Source of the DNA: Mobula hypostoma
Taxonomy: Eukaryota
Length of the DNA: 64,000 bases
Assembly: GCF_963921235.1 (NCBI RefSeq)
Contig: NC_086100.1
Coordinates: 204,168,001-204,232,000, forward strand
Direction: 5' to 3'
The notes beneath the pieces were generated by a model, which made no database searches, was not told the DNA's origin, and saw only the letters and a program-made list of their open reading frames with translations. The number at the start of each line of letters is the position of its first letter. Within the stretch, counting starts at the first letter, position 1. Shown one piece after another: positions 61,090 to 64,000 of the stretch. Both the position numbers and the translations under genes were made by a program.

Positions 61090-62670
61090 TGAGCTGTGTA
61101 TATCACAATGCAAGGAGCATCATAGGAAAGCCAGATGAGTTCAGGACAGGGAATTATGATATCGTAGCCATTATTGGGACTTGGTTGCACCCAACAGTCT
61201 GAGGGATTTAGAGGAACAAATTTGTAGAGAGATTGCAGACAATGCCAAGAAACAAAGGTTGATTCAGTAAGTGATTTTAACTTTCCATATATTGACTGGG
61301 ACTCCCATACTGTAAAAGGACTAGATGGGGTAAAGTTTGGCAAATGTGCCCTGAATCAGTACGTAGAATTCCTGATTTAGAAGTGTGCAATAAGTGTTAG
61401 GAAATGATCTGGGGCTGGTGACAGAAATTAGTGATGAGATTCATGAGATTCAAAGTAAGTATGGAAAAAGAGAGGTCTGGATCACAGGTTGAGATTCTAA
61501 ATTGGAGAAAGGTCAATTTTGATGGTATCAGAAAGGATCTGACAAGTGTGGTTTGGGACAGGCTGCTTTCTGGCAAAGCAGTACTTGGTAAGTGGCAGGA
61601 CTTCAGAAGTGAAATTTTGAGGGTGTCTAGTTTGCGTGTGCCTGCCAGAATAAAAGTTGAAAGGTAACTGGTGCAGGGTATCTTAGTCTTCAAGTGATAT
61701 TGAGGCCCCAGATATTTTGTTCCTCTAAATGCCTCAGACTGTTGGGTGCTACCAAGACTCATTAATCACTACAATGTCATAATTTCATGCCCTGAGCTCA
61801 TCTGACTTTTTTTTGTCATCCTATGTTGGTTTCTTAAAGCTTCTCAATAGTTTTTGCTCTTTTGTTTGCTCTCTCTTTGGCTTTTATGTTGGCTTTGGTT
61901 TCTCATTTCAGCCACCATTGTGTCCTCCTGCCTTTCCAATGCTTCTACTTCTTTGGGATGTATTGATCACCCAGCTCCCGAATTGCTCCCAGAAACTCCA
62001 GCCATTGCTGCTCTGTTGTCACTCCTACTTTTTCTCTTCCAAACAAGTTTGGCCAGCTTCTCTGTCATAGAAACATAGAGAGAAGTTCAGGATGGAAACA
62101 GGCTATTTGGCCCATCTAGTCAATGCCGAAAAAAATTTAAGCTGTCTAATACAGCTACCTGCAGCAGGACCATTGCCCTCCATACCCCTACCATCCAGGC
62201 TCCCATCCAAACTTCTTTTAAATGGTGAAACCCAGCTCATATTCAACACTTGTGCTGGCATCTCATTCCACACTCTCACAACCATTTCAGTAAACAGCTT
62301 TTCCAAATGTTCCCATTAAATTTTCACCTTCCCCACTTAACCATGACCTCTGGTTGTCATCCCACCCAACCTCAGTGGAAAAAGCTGCTTGCATTTACCC
62401 TGTCTATACCTTCATAATTTTGTATACATCTAACAAATCCTCAAGGCAATGTATAATTTCCTTGTTTATGTTTAGAGCCATTTTTAGTTGTACAAGATGA
62501 GGATGATGTACAATGTACAAGATGTACATTGATCGTGTGGCGAGCCAGAGGTTTCTTCCCAGGACTGAACTGGCTAACACGAGAGGACATAGTTTTAAGG
62601 TGCTTGGAGATAGATACCGAGGAGATGTCAGGGGTAAATTTTTCACAAATAGACTGGTGGGTGCCACTGC
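61090..62670. mobile_element. Cluster of decayed CR1 fragments on both strands
   Basis: + endonuclease remnant 61090-61720, minus pieces 61800-62445, + C-terminal piece 62520-62670. Confidence 0.7.
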
Positions 62671-63415
62671 CAGCTATTTGCATGAAAGTGTTTCAGTGAG
62701 TGTGGGGCCAGAAACCCATGCAGCTCATTGGGAACAGGGAATAATACTGATGGAGAGAGTCAAACTGAGCCAGGTCACAGATTGGAGATGATAGAAATGC
62801 CCCATTCTTATAGAGACAGGAAGAGCCACAGAGAGCTTGATGGTCATTCCAGGTACCAGCACTGTGCCCTGTTAGAAGATAATTTCTCTCTGCAACTTAG
62901 ATTGAACTTTACTGTAACATTGTGATGCCAGATCACACCTTGATAACTCAAGTGATCTCATCTGAAATGTTGTCCTACACCCACTGATGGATTTTGTAAA
63001 ACTCATTACAGGTTAAAAATGACGAGGAATTTGTCTACAGGAATCTTGATCACAACACACCAGTTTTGCTGTCTCTGTCCAGATATTTAAGAAGTGGAAC
63101 AAAGGGATCAGTCGATCATCCTTCCTGTTCAGACTGTGGGGAGGGATTCACTCAATCATCTGACTGACTGGCATACCTGTCATTTTACACAGGGGAACCC
63201 AATCATCTGCTCAGACAGTGGGAGTGGATTCAGTTGATCATTTCACCTGAAGTTACATCATCAGGTTCACGCTGGGACAAGGCCATTCACCTGTTCTGTG
63301 GGTGAGAAGGGATTCAGTCAGTCTTCCCACCTGTGGACACCAGTCAGTTCACAGTGGGCAGAGGCTGGTCATCTGCTGAATTTGTGGGGAAGGATTCACT
63401 TGGTCATCTGACCAA

Positions 63416-64000
63416 ATGGCTCACCGGCGAGTTCACAACGGAGAGCAGCTGTTCACCTGCTTGGACTGTGGGAATGGATTCACCTCCTCATCTAAACTGA
63501 AGATACATCAGCGAGTTCACACTGGAGAGAAGCCGTTCGCCTGCTCGGACTGTGGGAAGGGATTCACTCGGTCATCCAACCTAATGGCACACCAGTCGGT
63601 TCACACCACTGAGCGGCCGTTCACCTGCTCGGACTGTGGGAAGGGATTTACTTGCTCATCCCAACTGAAAGTACATCAGCGAGTTCACACTGGGGAGCGG
63701 CCGTTCACCTGCTTGAATTGTGGGAAGGGATTCACTAAATCATCTCACCTACTGAGACACCAGTCAGTTCACACCGGGGAGTGGCCATTCACCTGCTCAG
63801 TCTGTGGGAAGGGATTCACTGAATCATCTTCCCTACAGAGACACCAGTCAGTACACACTGGGAAGTGGCAGTTCACCTGCTCAGACTGTGGAAAGGGATT
63901 CAATCGGTCATCTCACCTAGTGACACACCAGTCAGCCCACACAGGGAAATGGCCGTTCACCTGCTCAGTCTGTGGGAAGGGATTCATTTTGTCATCTCAA
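63416..64000 (+). CDS. Tandem C2H2 zinc-finger protein (open to the window edge)
   Basis: ATG 63416, 195 codons without a stop; six complete CxxC-x12-HxxxH fingers and part of a seventh, with TGEKPF-type linkers. Acceptor TTACAG at about 63011; decayed fingers at 63120-63415. Confidence 0.88.
   Translation, partial: MAHRRVHNGEQLFTCLDCGNGFTSSSKLKIHQRVHTGEKPFACSDCGKGFTRSSNLMAHQSVHTTERPFTCSDCGKGFTCSSQLKVHQRVHTGERPFTCLNCGKGFTKSSHLLRHQSVHTGEWPFTCSVCGKGFTESSSLQRHQSVHTGKWQFTCSDCGKGFNRSSHLVTHQSAHTGKWPFTCSVCGKGFILSSQ

Noticed and set aside
63120..64000. CRISPR-like or satellite array (84-bp periodicity)
   Set aside because: The periodicity is the 28-codon C2H2 finger repeat; no repeat-spacer array or cas genes, and the DNA is eukaryotic.
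1..64000. The many 60-200-aa ORFs in the track
   Set aside because: Nearly all are antisense or off-frame readings of retroelements, or lack any recognisable motif.

Overview
Eukaryotic, repeat-dense genomic DNA. The repeat families suggest a cartilaginous fish, probably a ray (inference). Most of the window is retroelements: many CR1 LINEs (some with zinc-finger/esterase ORF1), Rex1/Babar LINEs, Penelope-like elements (RT + GIY-YIG), one apparently intact full-length L1, two LTR-like elements and several SINE-like elements, often nested. Host sequence consists of a disabled CEACAM-like Ig-superfamily gene on the minus strand (leader, IgV, three IgC and TM exons spread over 7.6-38.4 kb), two CpG-rich putative promoters, a decayed zinc-finger remnant and the start of a tandem C2H2 zinc-finger exon at the right edge. 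Highlights: (1) Penelope copies carry minimal hammerhead ribozyme motifs and have spawned a series of small TSD-flanked hairpin elements folded back at or near the ribozyme; (2) a non-coding RTE-like SINE starts with a candidate HDV-like ribozyme fold; (3) an LTR is followed not by an 18-nt PBS but by a near-complete antisense copy of CCA-tailed tRNA-Asp. All coordinates and pairings were read by eye; no searches or folding programs were run.
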